This document shows positions 24,703 through 38,419 of a DNA stretch of 64,000 nucleotides, one piece after another. The DNA is from Octopus vulgaris (taxonomy: Eukaryota). The stretch's first letter is position 1; every line of letters begins with the position of its first letter. Under the pieces are notes generated by a model. The model had not been told where the DNA came from, did no database searches, and saw only the letters and a program-made list of their open reading frames with translations. The DNA lies in assembly GCA_951406725.2 (NCBI GenBank), contig OX597838.1:37324001-37388000 (forward strand), read 5' to 3'. Both the position numbers and the translations under genes were made by a program.

Positions 24703-25941
24703 ATACACATACATACGTATGTATGTATGTATAGAGCTAGGCTGATGCAAATAGGCAAAAGAGAGCTCAAAATATGAGTATATGTATATTCGTATTAGTA
24801 TTTAGCAGGAGTTGGCACGCCAGGCGAAATGCTTAGCGGTATTTTGTCTGTCTTTATGTTCTGAGTTCAAATGCTGCCAAGATCGACTTTGCCTCTTCAT
24901 CCTGTCACGGTCGGTAAATTAAGTACCAGTTGTGTACTGAGGTCGATCTAATCGACTGACCCCCTCCCCCAAAGTTTTGGGCCTTGTGCCTAGAGTAGAA
25001 AATAATATAAGGTAGCAAGATGACAGAAATGTTAGCACACATATATACACACACACACAGCCCATCGTTTGTATTATAGTGCATTGTTGTACCATTCAAA
25101 ACTTTTTATTCTTTACAAACAATTCACAATGCTTCAAGGGAACTACAATACTCTCCTATATGTATATGTGTGTATACATATGCAAGTATGTACAATTTAT
25201 GCACACAGGAGTAAGAGTATGCCTGCATTCACCAAAATAAGGTACACATCTGTATTTATACATTGTATATATATATATATATGCATTTGTTTGTATACAT
25301 GAATGTATGTAGTCTTGCATACATATACACATACAAGTGTATACATATACACACGTTATGAGTGAGGGTATGTTTATATTCACAAAAATGGTACATATTA
25401 ATCTATGTATACACGTGTGTGTATAAATATATATATATATATATAGTGACACCCTTCTTGTGTATGAGCAAAACCATTGCTAGAAAGAATTATTGATTAC
25501 TATATTATTTAAAACTTAAAAGGTTTGGCGGTTTTACATATCCAGTTAGGGGAGTTTGTTAATATAATTTGATAATCCACATTTCAAACTTACTTCTTTT
25601 TGAGATATATATATCTAAATAAAAAGGGGCTTGTATGATTGGGTATAGAGGGATATATATAATTCAAAGGAATTCCAACTCTGTTTTTTAATGTTTTACT
25701 TATATTCTTTATAATATTAATGTAGAATATAGAGTATATAGTATAAATAGTATATATAGTAGTAAAATGAAATGAAGTATTGATTGTCTTATTGAATAGA
25801 TGAAATATTGGATATCAAATATAAAGGGACTAGTATACTTTCTTGCATTATAGCAGTCTTCAAGGTCCCAAGTTGTGACAGGAGTGTTTCAACACACACA
25901 CACACACACATATATATATATGTAACAGTTATATATGTAAT

Positions 25942-26330
25942 AGGCACAGGAGTGGCTGTGTGGTAAGTAGCTTGCTAACCAACCACATGGTTCCAGGTTC
26001 AGTCCCACTGCGTGGCATCTTGGGTAAGTGTCTTCTGCTATAGCCCCAGGCCGACCAATGCCTTGTGAGTAGATTTGGTAGACGGAAACTGAAAGAAGCC
26101 TGTCGTATATATGTATATATATGTATGTGTCTGTGTTTGTCCCCCTAGCATTGCTTAACAACCGATGGTGTGTTTACGTCCCCGTCACTTAGCGGTTCGG
26201 CAAAAGAGACGGATAGAATAAGTACTGGGCTTACAAAGAATAAGTCCTGGGGTTGAGTTGCTCGACTAAAGGCGGTGCTCCAGCATGGCCGCAGTCAAAT
26301 GACTGAAACAAGTAAATGAGTAAAGAGAGT
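25942..26330 (+). mobile_element. SINE family S1
   Basis: Match to S1. Confidence 0.88.
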
Positions 26331-27407
26331 GTGCATAAACATGTATGTGCTTACACACACACACACACACACACACAATACAGTGAGGGTGGGTACAAGT
26401 ATAAAATCATATCCAAGTACTAAGAGGTGTAGAAACATCTGTCAAATCTTTGTACATATTTTCCCATTCAATGAGCTTTAAACTAACCTCATCTTCAATA
26501 TCTCCATCTTTCTTTTCTCTCTTCCCTTTACTCAAACAAAGCCATTTTCCATTGGGTATTTTGTTTCCAGTGGGTTTTTAGAGGGTTCAGGCAGTAGTTT
26601 TCTTTAGGAGAAGCACACAAGCAAGGATCAAATCTGGCTCCACTGTCTCAGTTTGGTATGGTGCCTGTTGTTGGATGTACTTCCTAAAGTCAAGCCATCC
26701 GCTTAACAGTAGTGCATTTTACATGGCCCCAGCACGACTGAAGGTGATTCGTGACTTGCAGGATTAAGGAATTCCCATGACTGAAAGGTGTTGTGGCTTG
26801 AGACAAAGGAATAATATAGTGAGAAGAACAGATTATAGTTAATATTTATAGAAGCTAAGGTGGTGATTGGGCAGAACCTTTAGCATGGTGGGGAAAATGC
26901 TAAACAGCATTTTATCTGTTTTTACATTCTGAGATCAAATTCCACTAAGGTCGACTGACTTTCATCCTTTTGGGGTCAATAAAATAAGTACCGGTTGCAT
27001 ACTGGGGTCGATGTAATTGATCGCTAATAATTGTAATAAAGATGATAAGGATTTCTATATTGACCACAAGGTACCCCCTCCACACAAAATATGATTTTTG
27101 TTTTGTTATTTAAAAACTGGCGGACAGAACATGGTGAGCTGGGTGTAAGTAGATATTTGGAAGAATAATGATACTGACAATGGTGAAGGTAGGTTTATTG
27201 AATATAAATGGAATAACACTGAATTCCAGTTTGTTCACACAAATTCTAGCTATGTTTATGATTACTGATAACAGACAATAAGGATATAGAAACATGGTCA
27301 GGATTATGAAGTCTATAGCAGGAATATAATAAATAGTAGTAGTAAACAAATAATATATGATAATATACAAATACAATAAGATTCGACCAATATTTATTTC
27401 TTTACAG

Positions 27408-27935
27408 GAGGGTTACACAATATTCATCAGAAAAAAAAAATTTTGCAACTGCTTTGCCTAGTCTTAGCTTCATCTACCTATTTATTTATACTGTGAATAT
27501 ATATATGTATATATATATTTATATATATGTATGTATATTTATATATATATATATGTATATATACATATATATATATGGAAAGAATGAGGAGAAATTTTTA
27601 AAATATCATGGAAGAAAAAAAAAAGAAATGAGAAAATGATATTAAATTAAATTAAATTAAATTAATAAATTTAAAAAAATAATATAACAATAAACAAATA
27701 AAATAATTCATGTCAAATTTTTTCAATTAAAAAAATATTTATATTCATATATATTATGTATATATGATATATATATATATATACATAATATACACTCACA
27801 TATACATACATACATTATTTAAATTATTTCAAATTCTCATTGTAACCCTCCCCTACAATCGAGAGATCAAAATGATTGTAACTTGTTTTATTTTTCAAGT
27901 AAATAAAATTCAAAATAAGCTCAATTGTAAAATTA
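27408..27935 (+). other. Candidate terminal (3'UTR) exon of Srrm234
   Basis: Acceptor tatttatttctttacag|G at 27407; AATAAA at ~27664, ~27696 and ~27902, followed by GU/U-rich sequence; a matching candidate donor AA|GTGAGG at 17958. Confidence 0.4.
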
Positions 27936-28131
27936 TTCCAGGTGTTGCTCTTTATTTATTATTCGTTGTTGTTGCTGTTGTTATTGCCTTCTTCACTTTG
28001 TATATATTTTACATTATGTACAGGTATTTACAAATGAAAATATACCTGACAAAATTTCTTGCAAACCTTGTGCAAGATTTATCAACACAACAGAAGTTTC
28101 ACAACAAATATTGCGTGCTTGTGTGCGTGTA

Positions 28132-28703
28132 TTGGGTTGTCTGGAAAGTTTGTGTTCGTGCCGATTTACAGTAGCTTACCTTTCGACTTATTTTAGAACA
28201 TGGTTGAGTCCATAAAATAGGATTTGACTACACCTCCATTTAGGGCACAGTTTAAGCTATCGTTTCGTGGAAGAAGGTTTATGTTCCCATAACCTGTGTT
28301 AATTCTGTAACCCTTTAAAATGGAATATAAGAAAGTTCATTTTCGGCACTTGATGCTTTGGGAACCAGACAAAAATTGCTGCATATCGGCTGGGATGTGT
28401 TACCCCACCCTCCATATTCACCAGATATTGCTCCTTCGGATTTCCACTTATTCAGGTCTCTGGAGAATAGTCTTAATGGTAAAAATTTCAATTCTTTGGA
28501 TGACATTAAAAAGATTCCTTGATGCATTCTTTGCCATGAGACCACTCAATTCTGGGAAGCGGGTATTTTCCAGTTAAATGAAAGATGGAGATGCATTGTG
28601 CAATAAAATGGTTCATATTTGGTTGATTAAAAATGTAATGGCAAGTATTTATTGACCTTTTTCTTTCCTTTAAAAATCCACACGTACTTTCTGGACAACC
28701 CAA
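28132..28703 (+). mobile_element. Internally deleted mariner transposon with TIRs and TA TSD
   Basis: TIRs ttgggttgtctggaaagt / actttctggacaacccaa flanked by TA. N-terminal MEYKKVHFRHLML, then C-terminal WDVLPHPPYSPDIAPSDFHLFRSLENSLNGKNFNSLDDIK. Confidence 0.92.
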
Positions 28704-28705
28704 TA

Positions 28706-28879
28706 CTTTTATCAAAGCTGCAAAATTAAGACAAAAACTATTTCACCGAGTTTACGTTCCTGTTTGTTGGACAGTTGTTATGAAAACTCGCAACAAAAAA
28801 CTTCATCACAACTGTCTGACAAACAGAAGTGAAATTCTGAATAACAGTTTTTATGATAATTTTGCAGCTTTTATAAAAG
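28706..28879. repeat. Imperfect inverted repeat (MITE-like)
   Basis: cttttatcaaagctgcaaaatta..tgtttgttggacagttgt versus acaactgtctgacaaaca..taattttgcagcttttataaaag. Confidence 0.8.
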
Positions 28880-29002
28880 CACATTACTCTACCTTTGGTA
28901 TTCGAGTACTATCTTTTCCAACTTATTTTACACTTATGTACTAACCTGTTTGTGTGTGTGTGTGTGTGTGTGTGGGTGTGTGTGTGTGTGTATATACATA
29001 CA

Positions 29003-29204
29003 TAGAGGGAGAGTTCACGAAAAAAACAACAACAAAAGACGAAGACAGGTGGTGTACAAAACAAACAGATGTATTAGTATAACGCTCAGGAATAGGAAAA
29101 GTCTTTTACGTTTCGAGCCTAAGCTCTTCTACAGAAAGGGACACAGAAGAAAACAAAGAGAGAAGAAAAAAATGTGTGTAGTGGCTACCGATCTATCATG
29201 GCGA
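29003..29204 (-). mobile_element. Family C short retroposon with a variant hammerhead-like motif
   Basis: Minus strand reads cttt ctgtaga a gagc ttag gctc gaaac gta aaag; homologous to 36846-37035 and 38186-38355. Confidence 0.75.
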
Positions 29205-29317
29205 CATACATATGTGTGTGTAATAATAATAAGGATTACTATGAAGTAGCATAGCATTACCTTTAAATCCTTTTTATACATATTCCTCTGATATATGAAG
29301 TATACAAAGAAGAAAAA

Positions 29318-29760
29318 AATTGTAGGTGTAGACGATCTTTATTTCATAATCCAAGTTGGTAAAGATCCAATATAAATTTTACATTTTATATTGGATCTGT
29401 ACCAACCTGGATTATGAATTAAAAATCGTCTACACCTACAATTATATCAGCATGTGTATATATAAAAAATTTTTTCAGAGTGAAATAAAAATCTAAGACT
29501 GTGGAAGATTTTAGAACATTTATAAGTAGGTGTTACAGCTGTTTCCGGGATATTTTTTTATATCCCTTTATCAGAGACGGTGTGAGAAAATGATTAAGCA
29601 ATAGTTGCTTAACCATTTTCTCACACCATCTCCAATGAAAGGATATATAAAATATCCTGGAAACAGCTGTAAGACCTATTTATAAATGTTCTAAAATCTT
29701 TCACAGTCTTGGATTTTTATCTTATTCTGAAAAAATATTATATATACACATGCTGATATA
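29318..29760. mobile_element. Double fold-back insert (hairpin 29318-29443 + hairpin 29444-29760) carrying two opposed family D hammerhead motifs
   Basis: Minus 29530-29578: gtct ctgataa agggata..tatcccg GAAAC agct GTA acac. Plus 29628-29675: atct ccaatga aaggata..atcctg GAAAC agct GTA agac. Confidence 0.85.
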
Positions 29761-30349
29761 TGACCTGTGTTGGACTCCTCATTCATATAATCACTGAACC
29801 TGGAGCTTAACTATAGTCTGTCCATAGCACTTACTTAGTATTACCTGCCATCTTTGGGTCTTATTGACACCATTACCTCACATACATACATAATACATAC
29901 ATACATACATACATATATCTTTAGGTAAATATATTCAATAAGAATATTATGTACTGAATTTATAGAGTGCTCAATTGTAGGAAAATATTAATACTATTAA
30001 AGTATTTATATATTTAATACGAGCGATATATACATATATTTTTTTAATAATGTCATTATTAATATAAGGAAATTAATATCCAAACTCACCTTAAAGATAA
30101 ACCCGTGTGAAAATACTTATTGTATTAAAAATATATGTAAATAAATAAATCTATATAAATATAATGTATAAATAAATTTGTTAGTTTAAAAGTATTGCAG
30201 AAGAATAACCAAGGAAGTATATATGGAATTAATGACTCTCATCAAAAGTAGTAATTTTTAATTTATCTTTCAAAAAACAACATTTTACAGTTTTACTTCG
30301 AATTTTTTAAAATCTTTCATTTGATATATTATACAATATTCATATTTTA

Positions 30350-30441
30350 TATCTCTGAAGAGCAGAAGCGTTGGGAATAAATGCTTATCAATATAGGATT
30401 TCATTATAGGGACAACACTTCTGTGAAACGATCGTAAGATG
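30350..30441 (+). ncRNA. Intact type-I hammerhead ribozyme with extended helix II, inside inverted-repeat insert ~30053-30625
   Basis: tatct CTGAAGA gcagaagcgttg...caacacttctgt GAAAC gatc GTA agatg; predicted cleavage after 30436. Confidence 0.9.
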
Positions 30442-30639
30442 CTTTAAATAAATATTCAAAACTTTTAAACTACCAAATTTATTTATACATTATATTTATA
30501 TTTATACATATTTACATATATTGTTATATATATCTATTTATCTATATTTTTAATTTAATAAAAATTTTCACACGGGTATAACTTTATGATGAGTTTGGAT
30601 ATTAATTTCCTTATATTAATAATAATATTAAATTATTAA

Positions 30640-31735
<1,096 letters not shown>

Positions 31736-32156
31736 CTGTATGATGTGGAAAATATTCCACCAGCACTGTCCGAATGATGTTGGCATCACCTTCAAAATAC
31801 ATCCAAGGCTTGGACCACGTGCCATCCGTCCACAACAAAAATCTAAATCGTATCACATAACGACAATACGGCACAACTATTTCACCTCAATTGGACCCGC
31901 TCTCTTCAACATTACACCAGGACATGTCAAAAAAGAAACTGACCACACAAAATTCAAGAAGTCTTTGGACAAATTACTTCAAACAGTCTCGGACAAACCA
32001 CCCACACCCGGATATGTCTCCGCAAACAATAACTCTCTGCTCGAATGGCACTTGGTGCCCAAATCCTGAATTGAAAGACTTTGCCAGATGGTGCTATTAA
32101 GTTAGATATGGCCTGGGCCAATACTGGCCAAAACCTTTCTAAGTTATTCTAAGTTA
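31736..32156 (+). mobile_element. 5'-truncated LINE 3' end (CR1/L2 group ORF2 C-terminus + 3'UTR)
   Basis: ORF ..[50 protein letters not shown].. is homologous to the end of 34285-35226; the tail ends in a ttctaagtta repeat. Confidence 0.8.
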
Positions 32157-32157
32157 T

Positions 32158-32202
<45 letters not shown>

Positions 32203-32211
32203 CATACATAC

Positions 32212-32252
<41 letters not shown>

Positions 32253-32310
32253 CATACATATATACATACATACATACATACATATATACATACATACATA
32301 TATACATACA

Positions 32311-32344
<34 letters not shown>

Positions 32345-32346
32345 CA

Positions 32347-32380
<34 letters not shown>

Positions 32381-32806
32381 CATACATATATACATACATA
32401 TATACATACATATATATATACATACATACATATATACATACATACATATACATACATATATATATATATACATACATATATATATAGATACATACATATA
32501 TACATATATATATATACATACATATATATATACATACGTACATATATACATACATATATACATACATACATATATACATATATATATATACATACATATA
32601 TATACATATATATATATACATACATATATATATACATACATATATATATATACATATACATATATATATACATACATATATATATATACATACATATATA
32701 TATATATACATACATATATATATATACATACATATATATATATACATACATATATATATATACATACATATATATATATACATACATATATATATATACA
32801 TACATA

Positions 32807-32866
<60 letters not shown>

Positions 32867-32881
32867 CATACATATATATAT

Positions 32882-32922
<41 letters not shown>

Positions 32923-33052
32923 CATATATATATATACATATATATACATACATACATATATATATATACATATATATATATACATACATATATATATATA
33001 CATATATATACATACATACATATATATATATACATATATACATACATACATA

Positions 33053-33084
<32 letters not shown>

Positions 33085-33143
33085 CATATATATATATATA
33101 CATATATATACATACATACATATATATATATATACATATATAT

Positions 33144-33174
<31 letters not shown>

Positions 33175-33319
33175 CATATATATATACATATATATATATA
33201 TACATACATATATATATATATATACACACATATATACATACATATATATATATATACACATATATACATACATATATATATATATATACACATATATACA
33301 TACATATATATATATACAC

Positions 33320-33374
<55 letters not shown>

Positions 33375-33522
33375 CATATACATACATATATACATATACA
33401 TACATATATACATATACATATTATATATATATATACATACATACATATATACATACATACATATATATACATATATATACATATATACATACATATATAC
33501 ATATATACATACATATATATAC

Positions 33523-33557
<35 letters not shown>

Positions 33558-33916
33558 CATTTATATACATATATACATACATATATATACATATACATAC
33601 ATATACATATATACATACATATATATACATATACATACATATATATACATATACATACATACATATATATACATATACATACATATATATACATATACAT
33701 ACATATATATACATATACATACATATATATACATATACATACATATATACACATATACATACATATATATACATATACATACATATATATACATACATAC
33801 ATATATATACATATATATACATACATATATATATACATATACATACATATATATACATATACATACATATATATACATATACATACATATATATACATAT
33901 ACATACATATATATAC

Positions 33917-33949
<33 letters not shown>

Positions 33950-34100
33950 CATATACATACATATATATACATATACATACATATACATATACATACATAT
34001 ATATACATACATATACATACATATACATACATATATATATATATACATACATATACATACATATACATACATATATATATATATATACATATACATACAT

Positions 34101-34151
<51 letters not shown>

Positions 34152-34216
34152 CATACATATATATACATATACATACATATATATACATATACATACATAT
34201 ATATACATATACATAC

Positions 34217-34248
<32 letters not shown>

Positions 34249-34275
34249 ATACATATATATATACATATACACACA
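32157..34275. repeat. ~2.1-kb degenerate (TA)n/(TACA)n microsatellite
   Basis: Direct sequence. Confidence 0.95.
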
Positions 34276-34276
34276 C

Positions 34277-35292
34277 GACCTCAGTTGCTAAGATGGCCAC
34301 CCTTGATAGCTATGCAGATGACACAAAAGTCTCCCACAATACAAAACCCTGGAAATATTGCACATCTGCAACAGGAGTTGGATACAATATACAGGTGGGC
34401 TGAGGACAACAACATACAGTTTAATGCAGGTAAGTTCCAGGCCCTGCGCTACTGGTACACAAAGCTAAACGACATGGTGACTGGATACACTGGCCTGGGA
34501 AGAATTGCAATTCCTGAGTCAAAATCAGTGCGTGACCTGGGCATTGACATGAGCAATGATGCATCTTTCCAAGTGCATATTACTAATCTGGTGATAAAAT
34601 GCAGACGGCTAGATGGATGGGTTCTCCGAACTTTCAGAACAAGAGAGAAGGAGACACTGATGGTCCTGTGGAAAACTTTCGTCCTCAGCCGCTTGGACTA
34701 CTGCTCCCAACTATGGTCACCACACAATATAAAACTAACAGCAGAACTTGAAGCAATTCAAAGAAGCTACACAAAGAAGATCGTCTCAATGCAACATGTC
34801 AGCTACTGGGAAAGACTGAAAGTATTAAAACTCTTCTCCCTAGTGCGAAGGCAGGAGAGATATGCAGTGATATACATTTGGAAAATCCTGGAGGATCTTG
34901 TCCAAAACTTTATCATTCAAAATTACCCCAACCGCAGAACGGGGCGCCACTGCATGGTGCCAAAGATTCTAACATCCCCATCAAAATACAGGACCAGATA
35001 CTGCAACAGCTTGGGTTTCAGAGGACCACAGCTCTTTAACATCCTCCCTAAATGCCTGAGAGACTTGCATGGTGTGGATGTGGGTTTCTTTAAAACCAAA
35101 CTGGATCTCTTCTTGTCGGGGGTCCCAGATGAACCTACCTCACGACAGGAGACACAGATGCGGGCAGCGGCATCGAACTCCCTTGTTGACCAAGTGCCAC
35201 GTATCAGAGGTGGATTCACATACTAGTGTAGCTCATTCTGCGGTGGTGCCCCAGCATGGCCGCGGCTTTCGGGCTAAAACATTTTAAAGGAT
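34277..35292 (+). mobile_element. 5'-truncated LINE (CR1/L2 group): RT YADD motif to C-terminus, plus 3'UTR
   Basis: agc tat gca gat gac aca aaa = SYADDTK (frameshifted), then [72 protein letters not shown]. Confidence 0.92.
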
Positions 35293-35357
35293 TTATATAC
35301 ACACATACATATATACACACACACACGTAGTTCAAAATTGCATAGACGGTCTTGAAA

Positions 35358-35403
35358 CCACCTGATGAATGTCCATTGAAGTGACAAGAAACGATCGTAG
35401 TGG
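35358..35403 (+). ncRNA. Intact minimal type-I hammerhead ribozyme in insert ~35327-35605
   Basis: ccac CTGATGA a tgtc cattgaagt gaca a GAAAC gatc GTA gtgg; predicted cleavage after 35399. Confidence 0.9.
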
Positions 35404-35590
35404 ATATCTTAATTAATCTTAATTATATTTAATTTATATAAAAAATTTTATGCATTGGATTAAGTCTTTCTTTGTTTGATTTGCATAATAGTGGTTTTGT
35501 CTCTAATTAATATTATATTATATTTCTATAAAATTGGATTCAATCCTAAATCTGATTTTTCCCTGTAAATTTGGATTTATTCCCTAATAT

Positions 35591-35621
<31 letters not shown>

Positions 35622-36077
35622 TATATACATACATATATATATGTGTGTGTGTGTGTGTGTGCGTATGTATGTATGTATGTATGTATATGTAATTTACTTA
35701 TATACATACACATAAACAATACATACACATATATATAATTTTTCTATATACATACGCAAACAATACACACACATATAGTTTATATATATATATATATATA
35801 TCAATAATAAAGGGTGAAATTAATTAATTTAGAAATAATCATTGATTTCACCAAGTAGAGTTCGGCATGTAAAAGACCCATTCAAGGAAGGTTTAAGTAA
35901 TACTAAGTAATTAAGGGTTCAGCAACGATTTGCCTCACCACACACCGAATTTAGAAATAGCAGTCAAAAAGTTTTGGCTATTCTTTCTTAAATGGGAGAT
36001 CCCAGTAAAACCAAAGCACTTAAAAAGCAAACGACGCAATCAAAAGAGAAAGAAATGACGAAAATCATTCTATATTA

Positions 36078-36177
36078 AGTCACCTACGGACGTACGTTTC
36101 GGAATTAAATCAATTGCAGAGCATAAAAATTAAATAATTATGTCTTACCTGACTATTTTCCTCCTCAGCGTAGGACT
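36078..36177 (-). ncRNA. Intact type-I hammerhead (family A) with a long helix II insertion, inside fold-back insert 35801-36292
   Basis: Minus strand reads agt cctacg CTGAGGA ggaa..(53 nt)..ttcc GAAAC gtac GTC cgtagg tg act. Flanking 79-bp inverted arms at 35904-35982 and 36214-36292. Confidence 0.88.
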
Positions 36178-36290
36178 CTTCAATCATAAATAATTGCGTC
36201 AACTCATGGTATCAATAGCCAAAACTTTTTGACTGCTATTTCTAAATTCGGTGTGTGGTGAGGCAAATCGTTGCTAAACCCTTAATTACT

Positions 36291-36349
<59 letters not shown>

Positions 36350-36845
36350 CATACATATATATATATATATATTCGATTTGAGGTTGTGTGTTGTGTTAAC
36401 TTCATGAAGTGATGGTTTCATCCAAGGAAATACTGGTTCAATACCTAGTATTTTGCGAGAATTTACATATACATACATACATGCATACAAACACACCTGC
36501 AGCTATATATTTCTGGTAATCTCGAGAGAGTAATCAAGTGCTTGTGCCGCATGTTAACTCCCTTCATCTCTTCATCAAAGCAATACTACTTGCAGTGTGT
36601 CATGCGACAGATGTCGAAGCAATCGTAGTGTAACGTGACACGAAATGCTTTGCTCAAAGGCACACTGTAGCATCCCGTCCAAGAATCGAACCCACAATCT
36701 CACAATCTTGAGTGCAACATCCAAACTATTAACCCTGGATTTGTCTGTATACACACACACACACGAAGAGTCATATATACACAAAGTCAAAAGACACAAA
36801 CCTCTCTCTCTATACACACACACACGTATACACAGACATACACAG

Positions 36846-37035
36846 TTCGCCATGATAGATCGCTAGCCACTAGCCATTCTTTATTTTCTCTCCCTGTTTC
36901 TTTCTGTGTACCTTTCTGTGGAAGGGCGTAGGCTCGAAACATTAAAGACATTTTCACTTCTCGAGCGTTATACTAATGCATCTCTTTGTTGATTACTCCA
37001 CCTGTCTTCGTCTTGTTTTTTTCTGAATTCTCCGT
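36846..37035 (+). mobile_element. Family C short retroposon
   Basis: cttt ctgtgga a gggc gtag gctc gaaac att aaag; homologous to 29003-29204. Confidence 0.75.
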
Positions 37036-38133
37036 GTATATATATATATATATATATTTATTTATTTATTTATTATAGTCATAATAGGTAGGAGTAAGCA
37101 GTAAGATGGAAACATTATTTTTACAACAAAACCTTTAGATAATTCCCTCGATAATTAATCATGTGAAGAAATGGATATGGTAACACCTGCGCACATTCCA
37201 ATAGTTTAGAGATACTGCATATTTAAATTAAATGGTAATTGTCAATTTTCTTAATTATTTATATGATAGAAGATTCCGTTTCTTTGTCCCTTGTCTCCAT
37301 TTATCAAATTTTAAGATATCTTTATTTTCTATTTTCATATATCCATTCCCTTTTTTTTTAGTTTCATTTTTTATTTGCTTTTGTTTTGCTTTGTTTTGCT
37401 TTGATCTTCTTTCGAGTTTATCTTCTTCCCTTAACACTTGTGTAATTTATACTCCTTCCTTGTTTAAGAATCATATCTTAACCATTCAATTGCAGCAGAA
37501 CCAATATCTGGTCCTATAGTTCAGAATTACAAGTAATCTCGACCTTATTAACTTACAGTTTATACTCTATTTATTTGTAATTCCTGATTATGAATTCTTA
37601 GTAATTAATTAAACGTCGATACTTCAAGTTTTAAATGATAAGCAATACAATGCTCCATTTTGATCTGTAAATTTGCAAATATTTCTCCATCACGGAGGTT
37701 CCAAAATTAGAGCAGTAAACGCCAAAAGCCTGTCACTGACCTAACAGTTCTTGAATTTATTGTAGTAAACGCCAAAAGCCTGCTACTGACAAATAAAGAG
37801 GTTGTGAGTTATTAAATTTCTTTACTGGATGTCAATACTATTCACCGGTGGTAACAGAAAACAATAGCTTAAGGTTGATGGCTAGAAACAGGCGACCTAC
37901 TTTTGTATAAATGCTACACTGAGCCAAATCCGCCCGCAAATCTGAGCCAAATTGTTTTGGTTCTGGCGAAGATATCATTGTGATGGCTGTTCTCTATATT
38001 ATCGATAGATCGATTGATAAAATTGAATCATGAACGCACCCAAATGCATATCTGAAACAGTTGTAAGCCTATAATAAAGAAAGGAATGCATATAAACCAT
38101 ATTTCTGAGGAACTTATAGTCGTGTGTATGTGC

Positions 38134-38185
<52 letters not shown>

Positions 38186-38189
<4 letters not shown>

Positions 38190-38354
38190 GGAGAGTATTC
38201 ACAAAAAGAAACAAAAGACGAAGACAGGTGGTGTAGAAAACAATGTATTATAACGCTCGGGAATAGAAAAAGTCATTAGCGTTTCGAACCTACGCTCTTC
38301 CACTGAAAGGAACACAGAAAGAGGAGAGAAAAATATGTGTGTAGTGGTTAGCGA

Positions 38355-38355
<1 letters not shown>
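38186..38355 (-). mobile_element. Family C short retroposon
   Basis: Homologous to 29003-29204; inserted between TA and TG tracts. Confidence 0.75.
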
Positions 38356-38399
<44 letters not shown>

Positions 38400-38419
38400 G
38401 CACACTCACACATACATAC

